A stretch of DNA of 52,864 nt from an uncultured Candidatus Bathyarchaeia archaeon (GCA_964462185.1 CAYWWV010000005.1:11139-64002), one strand, 5' to 3'. Shown: positions 16,170 to 25,700, numbered from the stretch's first letter. The notes: generated by a model from the sequence alone, not told the origin. Program-made: numbers and translations.

Positions 16170-19115
16170 ATGACGCGGCGGATTAAAAACCGTGGCCTCA
16201 ACCCCACACGGTTTTTATTGCCTGGCTCCGAGAAGGATTCGCTGGAGTTGTCGGGGGAAGACGTTTTCTCCTTGCTGTGTAGGCCGGTGAGGAGGCTGGT
16301 GGAGGAGAAGGGCTTCGAGAAGCCCACCGAGCCCCAGCGCCGCCTCATCCCCCTCATACTGGAGGGCAGGAATGTGCTCCTCATCTCGGCCACGGCAACG
16401 GGGAAGACGGAGGCGGCCATGCTTCCCGTGTTCCACAGGTTTCTCATGGAGGGGGGGCGAAGACCCGGCATCAGCATCCTCTACATTACGCCTCTACGGG
16501 CTTTGAACCGGGATATTTTGGACAGGATGAACTATTGGGCCTCCAGGCTGGACCTAAGGCTGGCGGTGCGCCACGGCGACACCAGTCAAAAGGAGAGAGG
16601 CTACCTGAGGAGGGCCCCCCCAGATATGTTGATCACCACCCCCGAGACCCTCCAAGCAGTCCTCCAGGGGCGGACCATTAGAAACCACTTGAAGACCGTT
16701 CGGTGGATCATCGTAGACGAGATACATGAGCTGGCTGACAACAAGCGGGGGAGCCAGCTGAGCCTGGCCTTGGAGCGGGTGAAAACCGTGGCCGAGGAGG
16801 AACCCCAGATGGTGGGGCTGAGCGCCACGGTGGGCTCGCCGGAGGAGGTGGCCAGGTTTCTGGTGGGCACCGGGGGCGAAGTAGAGGTGGTCCAGGTCTC
16901 GGCCCTCCGGGAGACACAGTTCCAGGTCATACTCCCCAGGCCAGGACCCGAGGACTACGAGCTCAGCAACAAGCTGTTCACCCACCCCGAGGTGGCGGTG
17001 AGGCTCAAGAAGATGAGGGAGCTCATCGAGGAGCATGACACCACCCTCATATTCACCAACACCCGGAGCACCAGCGAGGCCCTCACCAGCAGGTTCAACC
17101 TCTGGAAGACCGACTTCCCCCTGAGCATCCACCATGGGAGCCTGGCCAAGACCAGCCGGATCGCCACCGAGCGGGGGTTGAAGTCGGGTCGATTGAAGAC
17201 GGTTGTCTGCACCAGCAGCCTGGAGCTGGGGATCGACATCGGCCACATAGACCTGGTGATCCAATACAACAGTCCCCGACAGGTGACCAGGCTCCTCCAA
17301 CGGGTGGGGAGAAGCGGCCACAGCGTGGACGAGGTTAGTAAGGGAGTGGTGGTGGCCATGAACGGGGATGATGCGTTGGAGAGCATGGTGATCTGCCGGC
17401 GAGCCCTGGGCGAGGAGATGGAACCCCTGCGGATACCAGAGAAGCCCTACGACGTCCTGGTGAACCAGATGGTGGCCATGCTCCTCCAAAACAGCAAGCT
17501 CTACATCCTCCAGTTCCTCAACCTCTTCCGACGGGCATACCCCTTCAAGACCCTCACCGAGGAGGACCTGGCCAAGGCCGCCCACTATATGCACAACAGG
17601 TTCCCCAGGCTTGCCTGGTACAGCGAGGAGGACGAGCTCATCATCCGCCCCAGGGGCAGCCAGAAATCCATGTATAAATACTTCTTCAACAACCTCAGCA
17701 TGATCCCCGACGAGAAGGACTACCTGGTGGTGGATGTAGAGGGCGACGCACCCGTGGGCATCCTCCAGGAGGCCTTCGTGGCCGAGTACGCGCGCCCAGG
17801 GGTGAAGTTCACCCTCAGGGGCAGCGTCTGGAAGATTCTCAACATCCACAACGATAAGATATACGTCAGGGGGGAGGAGGACCCCACCGGGGCCATACCC
17901 AGCTGGGTGGGGGAGCAAATCCCCGTTCCCTTCGAGGTTGCCCGGGAGGTGGGGAGAATCAAGGGGGAGGCCGAGGAAGCCCTGTTGAGGGGCGAGAGCC
18001 TGGGGCAGGTCTGCAGGAGGCTCAGCGAGCGGTACCCGGCCTCCCCGGAGACCATCTCCGCAGCCCTGGAGCCCCTTGAAGCCCACGTGAGGAGGGGGTT
18101 CCCCGCCCCCACCAATAGGAGGGTGGTGGTGGAAGACTGGGAGGACAAGGTGGTGGTTTTAGCTTGTTTCGGCACCCAGGTTAACAGAACCCTGGCCCAC
18201 CTCCTAGCCCACCTGTTGAGCGAGGAAACTGGGTACCCCATTGGGGTTCAGCATGACACCTACATGATTGTGCTCCAAGCAGTGGGGGAGGTGGACGCTT
18301 GTAGCGTGGCCCAGCTACTGAGGGGCCTCCACGACTCCAACCCCTTGGAGCTGATAGAGAAAGCCGTCTCCAAGACGGGTCTGTTCAAGAAGAGGCTGAT
18401 AAACGTGGCCCGCAAGGCTGGGGCCCTGAGCAAGTACGCTAACTTCAGCAACGTGACCCTGGGCAGGTTGATGAAAAGCTTCGAGGGGACCATTATTTTC
18501 GAGGAGGCTCTTAGGGAGACGGAGAGGCTGGACCTGGATGTGGAGAACGCCTTGAAGGTGTTGAAGGAAGCAGCCGAGGGTGTCCTCGAGGTAGCCGTCC
18601 TGGACAACGGGGGGGAGCCCAGCCCCATAGCCGAGGAGGGATTGAAGAACATCACCCTCAGCGTCGACATCGTCCCCCCCGATCGCATCACCAAGATCAT
18701 AATCGAGTCGGCTAGGGCCAGGCTCTACAGGGAGACCCGCACCCTCGCCTGCCTGGCCCGTGGAGACTGGGTTCAATCGGTGATGGTGGGGGAACTACCA
18801 CCCCAGGTGAGCTGCCCAGTCTGCGGGAACACCGAGATAGCTGTCTTCAACCGGCCGCCAGAGGAGGTTGCGGAGCAGCTGGGTAGGACTAGGGGGAGGA
18901 GGGGTTTTAACCCTCCTCGGTGGTGGGAGAGGGGGGTGGACTTCTCCAAGCTGGTCTCGATCTACGGGAGGCGGGGGGTCTTGGTGGCCTCTGCACGTGG
19001 CGTGGAGCTGGAGACGGCGTGGGACATCCTCGCGGAGACCGAGGGGGAGGGCGACGAGTTCATCCACCGCATAGTGGAGGCGGAGAGGGAGGCCCTGCGG
19101 AGGCGGTTTAGGTGA
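16170..19115 (+). CDS. lhr: Lhr-type ATP-dependent DEAD/DEAH-box helicase
   Basis: The 981-aa ORF contains SATATGKTEAA (motif I), IIVDEIHEL (motif II), SAT, QRVGRSGH (motif VI), a DEAD-associated region and a C-terminal CPVCGN zinc ribbon. Confidence 0.85.
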   Translation: MTRRIKNRGLNPTRFLLPGSEKDSLELSGEDVFSLLCRPVRRLVEEKGFEKPTEPQRRLIPLILEGRNVLLISATATGKTEAAMLPVFHRFLMEGGRRPGISILYITPLRALNRDILDRMNYWASRLDLRLAVRHGDTSQKERGYLRRAPPDMLITTPETLQAVLQGRTIRNHLKTVRWIIVDEIHELADNKRGSQLSLALERVKTVAEEEPQMVGLSATVGSPEEVARFLVGTGGEVEVVQVSALRETQFQVILPRPGPEDYELSNKLFTHPEVAVRLKKMRELIEEHDTTLIFTNTRSTSEALTSRFNLWKTDFPLSIHHGSLAKTSRIATERGLKSGRLKTVVCTSSLELGIDIGHIDLVIQYNSPRQVTRLLQRVGRSGHSVDEVSKGVVVAMNGDDALESMVICRRALGEEMEPLRIPEKPYDVLVNQMVAMLLQNSKLYILQFLNLFRRAYPFKTLTEEDLAKAAHYMHNRFPRLAWYSEEDELIIRPRGSQKSMYKYFFNNLSMIPDEKDYLVVDVEGDAPVGILQEAFVAEYARPGVKFTLRGSVWKILNIHNDKIYVRGEEDPTGAIPSWVGEQIPVPFEVAREVGRIKGEAEEALLRGESLGQVCRRLSERYPASPETISAALEPLEAHVRRGFPAPTNRRVVVEDWEDKVVVLACFGTQVNRTLAHLLAHLLSEETGYPIGVQHDTYMIVLQAVGEVDACSVAQLLRGLHDSNPLELIEKAVSKTGLFKKRLINVARKAGALSKYANFSNVTLGRLMKSFEGTIIFEEALRETERLDLDVENALKVLKEAAEGVLEVAVLDNGGEPSPIAEEGLKNITLSVDIVPPDRITKIIIESARARLYRETRTLACLARGDWVQSVMVGELPPQVSCPVCGNTEIAVFNRPPEEVAEQLGRTRGRRGFNPPRWWERGVDFSKLVSIYGRRGVLVASARGVELETAWDILAETEGEGDEFIHRIVEAEREALRRRFR

Positions 19116-19123
19116 TGGAAACC

Positions 19124-19130
19124 CTTTAAC
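19124..19130 (+). promoter_or_regulatory. TATA-like box CTTTAAC about 27 nt upstream of the aroM-family ATG
   Basis: The same heptamer occurs at the same distance upstream of the genes starting at 13805 (box 13775-13781) and 41591/41597 (box 41567-41573). Confidence 0.45.
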
Positions 19131-19153
19131 AGGGGCCTGGGTAAGCTATTGCC

Positions 19154-19816
19154 ATGGCCAAGATAGGAATGCTCACCATTGGGCAGAGCCCCAGAGAGGA
19201 CCTGCTCCCCATCCTCAAACCCATCCTGGGGGAGGGGGTGGAGGTCTTGGAGGCGGGGGCGCTGGACGGCCTCACCAAGAAGGATGTGGAGGCGATCCAA
19301 GTCTCCAGCGACGACTACATCCTGGTGACCCGCCTCCGCGACGGCTCAGAGGTGAAGGTCACCAAGCGTTTCGTGGTTCCCAGGATGCAGGAGAGGCTGG
19401 AGGAGCTGGAGGCGAGGGGCGTCACCCTAACCGTGGTGATGTGCACAGGCAGGTTCCCCCCCTTCAAATCCAGGGGCCTGGTGGTCACCCCCAGCGAGGC
19501 CCTGAGGGGCGTGGTGGAGGCCTGCCTCAAGGAGGGGAGGCTGGCCGTGGTCTACCCCACCCAGGAGCAGACCGTCCACGCTGAGAAGGAGTTTGGCCGG
19601 CCAGGGGTCCAGGTCTACGCCGACTCCGTCAGCCCCTACACCGAGGGAGACGTGGACGGCCTGGTTAACCGACTGCGAGGCTTCGACCCTCACCTGGTAT
19701 TCCTAAACTGCTTCGGCTTCCCCCTGTGGTTGAAGGAGAGGATTAAGGAGGAGGTGGGGAGACCCGTCCTCCACAGCAGCTCCGTGGTGGCCAGAATAGT
19801 CAAGGAGCTATTATAG
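19154..19816 (+). CDS. aroM: AroM family protein
   Basis: The 220-aa ORF aligns by eye with E. coli AroM: IGMLTIGQSPREDLLP, VVMCTG, the LNCFGF region, PVLHSSSVVARIVKELL. Confidence 0.7.
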   Translation: MAKIGMLTIGQSPREDLLPILKPILGEGVEVLEAGALDGLTKKDVEAIQVSSDDYILVTRLRDGSEVKVTKRFVVPRMQERLEELEARGVTLTVVMCTGRFPPFKSRGLVVTPSEALRGVVEACLKEGRLAVVYPTQEQTVHAEKEFGRPGVQVYADSVSPYTEGDVDGLVNRLRGFDPHLVFLNCFGFPLWLKERIKEEVGRPVLHSSSVVARIVKELL

Positions 19817-20518
19817 CTCTGGCTCGAAGCCCGGGAGCTGGGCGCCGGGTAGGGGGCCCTCATCCTCGTCGGGCTGGGGCTCCTCCTCCACCACTAGGAC
19901 TCTCTCCACTCCAGGCTTCAACCCATGGGCGACCAAGTACCTCTCAGCGCTCTGCCTCCTACTGGCCCTGGGCTTGAAGTTTTTGACCTCCCTGAAAAAA
20001 TGCTTGACCTCCCGGATGAACCGCTCGTGCTCCCCACCCTGGAAGACCTTCACCACAAACCAGCCGTCATCGTGGAGGAGCCTCAAAGAGAGCCCCAGGG
20101 CTAGGCGGGCCAGGGATATCTGTCGGAACTGATCCAGCCCCCAATCCCCCACCACGTTGGGCGCCATATCCGACAACACCACATCGGCGCAGCCCCCCAA
20201 CACCTCCACCACCTCCTCGCGCACCAGGGGGTCCTCCACATCCCCCACGATGGTGACCACGTTCCCCAGGCCCAGGGGCTCGATGGGCAGCAGGTCCACC
20301 CCCACCACCAGGCCGTCCTCCCCCACATACTCCGCCGCCACCTGGAGCCACCCCCCAGGAGCAGCCCCCAGGTCCACCACCCTCTCAGCCGAGTCGAACA
20401 CCCCGAACCGCTCCTGGATCTGCTTCAACTTGTAGGAGGCCCTAGACCTGTAGCCCTCCTCCTTGGCCTTGTTGTAGTAGTAGTCGTCTTTGCGCTCGTG
20501 GATCCACCTGCTGGACAT
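19811..20518 (-). CDS. rlmE: 23S rRNA (uridine-2'-O)-methyltransferase RlmE/FtsJ
   Basis: W..ERKDDYYYNKAKEEGYRSRASYKLKQIQERFGVF....VVDLGAAPGGWLQV...DVVLSDMAPN. I start it at the internal ATG 20518. The TTG at 20620 would add 34 non-conserved residues. Confidence 0.85.
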   Translation of the reverse strand: MSSRWIHERKDDYYYNKAKEEGYRSRASYKLKQIQERFGVFDSAERVVDLGAAPGGWLQVAAEYVGEDGLVVGVDLLPIEPLGLGNVVTIVGDVEDPLVREEVVEVLGGCADVVLSDMAPNVVGDWGLDQFRQISLARLALGLSLRLLHDDGWFVVKVFQGGEHERFIREVKHFFREVKNFKPRASRRQSAERYLVAHGLKPGVERVLVVEEEPQPDEDEGPLPGAQLPGFEPEL

Positions 20519-20612
20519 TCCACGGGGTTCTGGCCTTTGGGGGTTTATATGGGTTGCCGGGACACGTGGAACTGGTTTAAACCCTCCCACCCAGATGGTT
20601 CCCCGAGGTTTA

Positions 20613-20764
20613 ATGTCCAATAGAACCTGAAAGCCGCCTTCGCAGGGGAGAGCCAGGCCAACAGGAAATACCTGGCCTTCGCCCAGAGGGCGGAGCTTGA
20701 GGGATACAAGCAGGTGGCCAAACTCTTCAGGGCCGCCGCCGAGGCCTTCAAGAAGGCTGAGTAG
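20613..20764 (+). pseudogene. Rubrerythrin N-terminal remnant (frameshifted after the ATG, truncated after about 45 codons)
   Basis: Frame 20624..20764 reads NLKAAFAGESQANRKYLAFAQRAELEGYKQVAKLFRAAAEAFKKAE-stop. This is the first helix pair of rubrerythrin (compare EEAFAGES.A...YL.FA.KAE.EG...IAKLFRA.A.AE). A TAG lies immediately upstream in frame, and the only ATG (20613) is out of frame by 1 nt. The rest of the roughly 170-190-aa protein is missing. Confidence 0.7.
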
Positions 20765-21926
20765 CCCCCAAAGCCTTGACCACCTCTAGGACCTCCTCGT
20801 AGGAGGCGGTGGTCTTAACCCCGCGGGGGTGGAAGTGGGTGGGGACGGCTTGGTGGCCTTTCTCTGTGAGGGCCTCCACCACTTTTTTTGTGGGGATGGA
20901 GGGGGCGCCCACCAGCCTGGAAACGGTGTCCAAGTGGTAGAACCCCAGGGGGAAACCCTGCTCGGCCAGCACTTGTAGGACAACCCTGTGGGCCTTGGAG
21001 CCCCGCAGGTGGGGGGCCTCCTCAGCCGCCTGGGCCATCCGTCGTGTGAATGCAGGATCAGAAAGCTCTCCAAGCCACAGGGGGCCCCCAACCTCCACCG
21101 TGGAGCCACATGGACACTCATCCCGGAGGTTGTCGTCGGAGACCCACCAGCGCGCGCAGCTGGGGCACCGCTTCACAAACCCCAGCTGCCGGAGGGCCTG
21201 GTCGGCGCGACGGGCCCCCCGCTCCACCAGGAAGTAGGCCCGGACGTAGTGGCCCATATAGTAGGAGTAGAGGGGCTTGACGCCGCACTCCTGGACAGCC
21301 GCAGCCCTCGCCGTGGAGGCCACCAACAGCCGCAGGGCGGTCTCGTGGCAGAACTCCCCCCTGAGGGGCCACCCCCCGTATTTACGGAGGCAGGCTTGGG
21401 GGCCTGAGCCGCAGAGGGGGGCCAGGTCGGTGGCTGTTAGGGCGAGTATTCCCCCGGGGCGGGTGGCCGAGACGGCTTGGGGTGTGAACCCCGTGGGGGG
21501 GCCAAAGGGGTCTATGTCCACGTAGTCGGCCCTCCCGCCGGGGTGGCTGTGGAGGGTCAGTAGAAGGTGGGCGTCCATGAGGCGTATCTTGGCCTCCACG
21601 TGGTTTCTGGAGGCGTTGATGGTTGCCAGCTTGACGGCGGAGGGGTTGAGGTCGCCCATGGTTATCTGGGCCTCTGGGGAGGCCTCCAGGGCCAGCCTGA
21701 TGGATCGGACTCCGGAGCCTGCGAGGGGTTCGAGGATGGTGGGGGGGCGTTTGAGGGTTTTGGTGTGGGCGGCTAGGGCTAGTACGGCGGTGTCCCGGTT
21801 GGGTTTCATGGCTGGGTTGTAGAAGACGGGGTCGCCGCTGGTGGGTATGTGGCGTCCCTCAACGTCTGGGACCAGTATTCGGGCTTTGCCCTCCACCACC
21901 TCCCTGGTTGGGAAGCCCAGCCCCAT
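20748..21926 (-). CDS. trm1: tRNA (guanine26-N2)-dimethyltransferase Trm1
   Basis: FYNPAMKPNRDTAVLAL, EPLAGSGVRSIR, DIDPFG, and the Cys cluster CPSC...CPCG. Confidence 0.85.
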   Translation of the reverse strand: MGLGFPTREVVEGKARILVPDVEGRHIPTSGDPVFYNPAMKPNRDTAVLALAAHTKTLKRPPTILEPLAGSGVRSIRLALEASPEAQITMGDLNPSAVKLATINASRNHVEAKIRLMDAHLLLTLHSHPGGRADYVDIDPFGPPTGFTPQAVSATRPGGILALTATDLAPLCGSGPQACLRKYGGWPLRGEFCHETALRLLVASTARAAAVQECGVKPLYSYYMGHYVRAYFLVERGARRADQALRQLGFVKRCPSCARWWVSDDNLRDECPCGSTVEVGGPLWLGELSDPAFTRRMAQAAEEAPHLRGSKAHRVVLQVLAEQGFPLGFYHLDTVSRLVGAPSIPTKKVVEALTEKGHQAVPTHFHPRGVKTTASYEEVLEVVKALGATQPS

Positions 21927-21948
21927 GGCGGTGAGAGACCCCAGGGGC

Positions 21949-22989
21949 CTATTTCAGCGTTGCGTCTACGCCCAGCTCCCCGCAGAGCTCGGTGATGGCC
22001 CGCCAGGTGGCCTCAGGGACCTCCACCCCCAGCCTCAGCCGCTCCTCCTTGACGCGGGCCTCGGGCATGCCTGGTACCAGCACCTCCCTGCCTGGGAGGC
22101 TGGGGGAGGACTTCACGTGGTCGAGGAGGGCGCCTGCCGCCTCTTTGAAGGGTTGGAGGCCGACGAAGGCCTCAGGGTTGAGGGCCACCATGAGTACGCC
22201 GTTGGAGCTGGGGGGCTCCTGCCGGGGATCGATGCCTGTGCGTGAGCCTGTTAAGACGGCCCCCAGGAGCTCGCAGCAAAGTTGTAGGCCGTAGCCCTTG
22301 TAGGAGCCGAAGGGGAGTAGCCAGCCCCCCTTCCCAAGAACCTCGGGGTCGTCGGTCTCATGGCCCTCGGCGTCTCGGGCCCAGTGGGTGGGGATTCTCG
22401 CCCCCTTGGAGGCGGCGAAGCTGAGTTTGCCGGCGGCGACCATGCTGGTGGCGTAGTCCACCAGGAAGGGGGGCTCTCCCTCGGTGGGCACTGAGAGGCT
22501 GAAGGGGTTGGTGCCGAAGAGGGGGCCAAAGCCGTTGTGGGCTGAGACGATGGGGTGGCCCACGTTCACGAACATCTCCGCTATGACGCCCTGGCTGGAG
22601 GCCATCTGGGTGTAGTAGCCTATGCGGCCTATGTGGTTGCAGTTGTAGGCCCCCACCGCTGAGACCATGTGTTGCTTGGCCTTCTCCACGGCTAACCGGG
22701 TTACCTTGCGGGCTGTTATCTGGCCGGGTGCCCAGGCCCCGTCCACCAGGGCGGTGGTGGGGGTCTCCTTCACCACCCGGGGCTGGGCGTCCACCTTGAT
22801 GTACCCCTCCCTAATCCGCTCAGCGTAGCGGGTGTAGTATTGGATGCCGTGGCTGTCGTGGCCCGTCAAGCTGGCCTCCACCAGGGTATCAACCAGGAAG
22901 GAGGCCGCCTCCTCTGAGAGCCCCAGGGCGGTGAAGATGGCCTCACCTATCTCCCTGAGCCTCTCGGCTTTAACCCTAACCATGCACAA
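21949..22989 (-). CDS. Ldh_2 family oxidoreductase (malate/L-lactate/sulfolactate dehydrogenase type 2)
   Basis: GHDSHGI, NCNHIGRIGYY, LFGTNPFS..VP and DYATSMVAAGK motifs. Confidence 0.8.
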   Translation of the reverse strand: MCMVRVKAERLREIGEAIFTALGLSEEAASFLVDTLVEASLTGHDSHGIQYYTRYAERIREGYIKVDAQPRVVKETPTTALVDGAWAPGQITARKVTRLAVEKAKQHMVSAVGAYNCNHIGRIGYYTQMASSQGVIAEMFVNVGHPIVSAHNGFGPLFGTNPFSLSVPTEGEPPFLVDYATSMVAAGKLSFAASKGARIPTHWARDAEGHETDDPEVLGKGGWLLPFGSYKGYGLQLCCELLGAVLTGSRTGIDPRQEPPSSNGVLMVALNPEAFVGLQPFKEAAGALLDHVKSSPSLPGREVLVPGMPEARVKEERLRLGVEVPEATWRAITELCGELGVDATLK

Positions 22990-23016
22990 TTGGAGGGGCC
23001 ACGGCTATAAAGGGAT

Positions 23017-24045
23017 TCACCCCACCCTGGCGGCGAGGCCCTCCAGGAAAGCCTTGATGTCCTCCTCCTCTATGCCGTAGTGGGTTACCAGCCTGGTGGT
23101 GGTGCCCCTCCCCCTACACTTCCAGCCGAGTTCCTGGCAGACCTTGGAGAAATCCTCCACCGTCCAACCGATGGGGCTGAAGTCAACGTACACCATGTTG
23201 GTCTGGACCTCGTTGAGAATCTTTACCCCAAGCTTGGAGAGTCCCTCCGCCAGCAGCTTGGCGTTCCGATGGTCCTCCTCCAATCGGTCCACCATCTTGG
23301 TGAGGGCGATAATGCCTGGGGCGGCTATGATGCCTGCCTGCCGCATCCCCCCACCCAGCATCTTCCGGTATTTTCGAGCCTTCCTCACCAGCTCCTCGGT
23401 TCCCACTACCACCGAGCCCACCGGGGCTGAGAGACCCTTGCTGAGGCATATCTGGATGGTGTCGGCGTACTGGGCCAGCTCCTTCACATCCACCTTGAGG
23501 GCCACGGCAGCATTGAAAATACGGGCCCCATCCAGATGGACACCCAACCCGTGGTCCTTGGCCACCTCCCAGTTACTCCTCATCTGCTCGGGCGTAAGAG
23601 CTATGCCCCCAGCGGAGTTATGGGTGTTCTCAACGCATAGGAGGGTGGTGGGAGGGTAGTGGATGTTCTCGGGCCTGATGGCTGCCTCGATGTCCTCCGG
23701 CCTCATGTAGCCCCTCTCCCCCCTTATGGTCCGGGCCATTAGTTGGCCCATAACCGCCAGGCCGCCCACCTCATTCATATAGATGTGGCTCCGCTCCTCC
23801 AGGATGATCTCGTCTCCCCGGTTGGTGTGGGCCAACACGGAGACGGCGTTCCCCTGAGTCCCGCTGGTGACGAAGAGCCCAGCCTCCTTTCCAAGCATCT
23901 CGGCCGCGAGAGCCTCCAACTCATTCACCGTGGGGTCATCCCTGTAGACATCGTCCCCCACACGGGCTTTGTATGCGGCCTCCCTCATCTCGGGGGTTGG
24001 CCAGGTCACGGTGTCGCTCCTGAAGTCCAGGTTTTTCTCGACCAA
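23017..24045 (-). CDS. ltaE: Low-specificity L-threonine aldolase (PLP-dependent)
   Basis: DFRSDTVTWPTPEMREA.....VGDDVYRDDPTVNELE...A...GKEAGLFVTSGTQGN, and the CLSKGL lysine region. Confidence 0.85.
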   Translation of the reverse strand: MVEKNLDFRSDTVTWPTPEMREAAYKARVGDDVYRDDPTVNELEALAAEMLGKEAGLFVTSGTQGNAVSVLAHTNRGDEIILEERSHIYMNEVGGLAVMGQLMARTIRGERGYMRPEDIEAAIRPENIHYPPTTLLCVENTHNSAGGIALTPEQMRSNWEVAKDHGLGVHLDGARIFNAAVALKVDVKELAQYADTIQICLSKGLSAPVGSVVVGTEELVRKARKYRKMLGGGMRQAGIIAAPGIIALTKMVDRLEEDHRNAKLLAEGLSKLGVKILNEVQTNMVYVDFSPIGWTVEDFSKVCQELGWKCRGRGTTTRLVTHYGIEEEDIKAFLEGLAARVG

Positions 24046-24365
24046 ATCTGATCCACGGAAAAGGGTTCCCCGAAAGGGCTTAAGGCTTACCCCTAGTTGT
24101 TGGAGTACCCGTCATCGGTCCAGGGGTTGGCAGTATCGCTGTACCCCCTCGGCGCCCAACATCCAAGCTCCAAGGGGGAGGAGAATATGGGCCACGAGTG
24201 TGTGAGCGAAGACTAGAGGGAAAGATGGGTAACCCGGAGGAAGGGCCTATCCCCCGAGAAAGGTCATGGAGTATCCCGTGGCGAGCCTGGGTGCAGTCGG
24301 GGGGGCTGGTAGCCAGCTGGTGAGGCTGTGAAGAAGCAGTAGCCTCCCCCAGTTGTATTTGGGTC

Positions 24366-25013
24366 TTAGAGGTGTCTGGAGGCTCTTTCCAGGCTCATGG
24401 CTATGTGTTTATTCGCCCCCTCGAACAGGGGTGAGCCGTGGCCGGGTAGCATAACCTCCACATCCAGCTGGCTGAGCCGCTCAAGGCTTTTAACTATCTC
24501 CTCCAGGCTCCCGCTGGGGCCGTCAAACCTCCCATAGTAGCCGTCTGGGAAAACGGTGTCCCCGCTCACCAGCACCTTTCTCTCAGCATTGTAGAGGCAG
24601 ATGCTGCCCCGGGTGTGGCCGGGGGTCCACACCACTTCGAAGCTGCCCCAGCTGGTCTCCACCATATCCCCATCCCTTAGTCGCACCAGGTTTTCGAAGT
24701 TGGCCGCCAAATATCGGGAGTCCTCCTCGTGGACCAGGACCCTTGGATTAGCCTTCTCCCTCAACAGGTAGAGCCCCAGGGCGTGGTCGTGGTGGGCGTG
24801 GGTGAGAACCACCTGGGAGACCCCGCTGGGCTCCACCCCGAGCTCAGCCAGCTGGGGAAACAGAGGATTGTAGCTGTCACCCACCCCCGTGTCCACCAGC
24901 GTCGCCTCCTCGCAACCGAAAACATAGACATTGCTGCACAGCCCCTCCCCCACGATGAGGCCAACCCCCTCCAAGGCTTCGCAGAACCGGCCTAAACGGT
25001 AAACCCTCGGCAT
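24366..25013 (-). CDS. MBL-fold metallo-hydrolase (glyoxalase-II-like size)
   Basis: The 215-aa ORF contains VLTHAHHDH, TPGHTRGS and GDTVF motifs. Confidence 0.8.
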   Translation of the reverse strand: MPRVYRLGRFCEALEGVGLIVGEGLCSNVYVFGCEEATLVDTGVGDSYNPLFPQLAELGVEPSGVSQVVLTHAHHDHALGLYLLREKANPRVLVHEEDSRYLAANFENLVRLRDGDMVETSWGSFEVVWTPGHTRGSICLYNAERKVLVSGDTVFPDGYYGRFDGPSGSLEEIVKSLERLSQLDVEVMLPGHGSPLFEGANKHIAMSLERASRHL

Positions 25014-25052
25014 TTCAGAGGGGTAACGGGGCTGGTGGGGATAAAGCTTCCC

Positions 25053-25700
25053 CTATGCCCGCACCAGCTTCAACCTCAACAACAGGTAAGAGCCCTCAAA
25101 ATCCGACTCCAACTCCTCCACCCGGTAGTTCTCGGGCAGGGAGTAACGCCTGCGGAACCCTGGGTCCCTGGAACTCCAAAGGGCCACCTCCCCCTCCCCC
25201 CACTCAATGTTTATGGTTCCCCTGAGGTTTTCGGGCACGTGGGTGGTTATGATGTACTCCGAGGTTTCTTGAAGGCTGCTGGAGGGCCCCAGGTCCTCCT
25301 GGACATACCTGGGCTCCCACTCCCACTCAACCCGGCCACTCCAAATCGAGGCCAGCAGGGGGAGGAGGGCAACCAAGGCTATGAGGCCCAGGAAGAGAAG
25401 GTTCATCGCCAACGCCAAGCCCAGAGGCAGGCTTTGGTAGACGAAGGGGAAGGCGAAAACAACCACCGGCTCCCCGGGGAGGAAGGCGAAGCAAAGGGTG
25501 TACAACCCTGAAACCAGTAGGAGGCCGCCGGCAACCAGGAGGGGCAGCCTGGGAACCCGGGTGTAATAAGCCCGTGCCCCGCTGCACTTTATGCAACAAT
25601 CCTTCTCCTCGTCGTAGCAGTCCTGGCATACGAACTTGCCGCAGATGCTGCAGAGTATGTCGGCCTCGGGGGACCCGCAGATATAGCACCGCCTAGCCAA
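25053..25700 (-). CDS. Membrane protein with an N-terminal 8-Cys zinc ribbon, 2-3 TM helices and a C-terminal alpha-crystallin (Hsp20)-like domain
   Basis: The protein reads MARRCYICGSPEADILCSICGKFVCQDCYDEEKDCCIKCSG, then hydrophobic helices, then YIITTHVPENLRGTINIEWGEGEVALWS......FRRRYSLPENYRVEELESDFEGSYLLLRLKL (ACD-like strand pattern). It has a TTG start that overlaps the upstream ORF by 8 nt. Confidence 0.55.
   Translation of the reverse strand: MARRCYICGSPEADILCSICGKFVCQDCYDEEKDCCIKCSGARAYYTRVPRLPLLVAGGLLLVSGLYTLCFAFLPGEPVVVFAFPFVYQSLPLGLALAMNLLFLGLIALVALLPLLASIWSGRVEWEWEPRYVQEDLGPSSSLQETSEYIITTHVPENLRGTINIEWGEGEVALWSSRDPGFRRRYSLPENYRVEELESDFEGSYLLLRLKLVRA

Noticed and set aside
16554-18086. 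A 510-aa ORF antisense to the Lhr helicase. Many similar long ORFs appear in the track, for example 6601..7122, 7153..7518, 12549..13142, 12839..13750, 13856..14704, 35216..36148 and 51627..52277.
   Set aside because: These are shadow frames of high-GC genes. The translations are low-complexity (G/P/R/H/L-rich) with no recognisable motifs, and each fully overlaps a gene on the other strand or frame that has clear family signatures.
20545-20751. A 68-aa minus-strand ORF between rlmE and trm1.
   Set aside because: The opposite strand encodes a clear rubrerythrin N-terminal remnant, so the minus-strand ORF is its antisense shadow.
24180-24352. SRP (7S) RNA or a minimal RNase P RNA in the ltaE/MBL spacer. 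The suggestive segments were GGUGAGGCUGUGAAGAAGCAGUAGCC versus helix-8 CAGGUCCGGAAGGAAGCAGCC, and GAGGGAAAGAUGGG versus CR-I GAGGAAAGUCC.
   Set aside because: The stem that should close the GNAR tetraloop cannot base-pair here, and the other conserved SRP and RNase P blocks are not visible. The similarity is limited to short purine-rich words.
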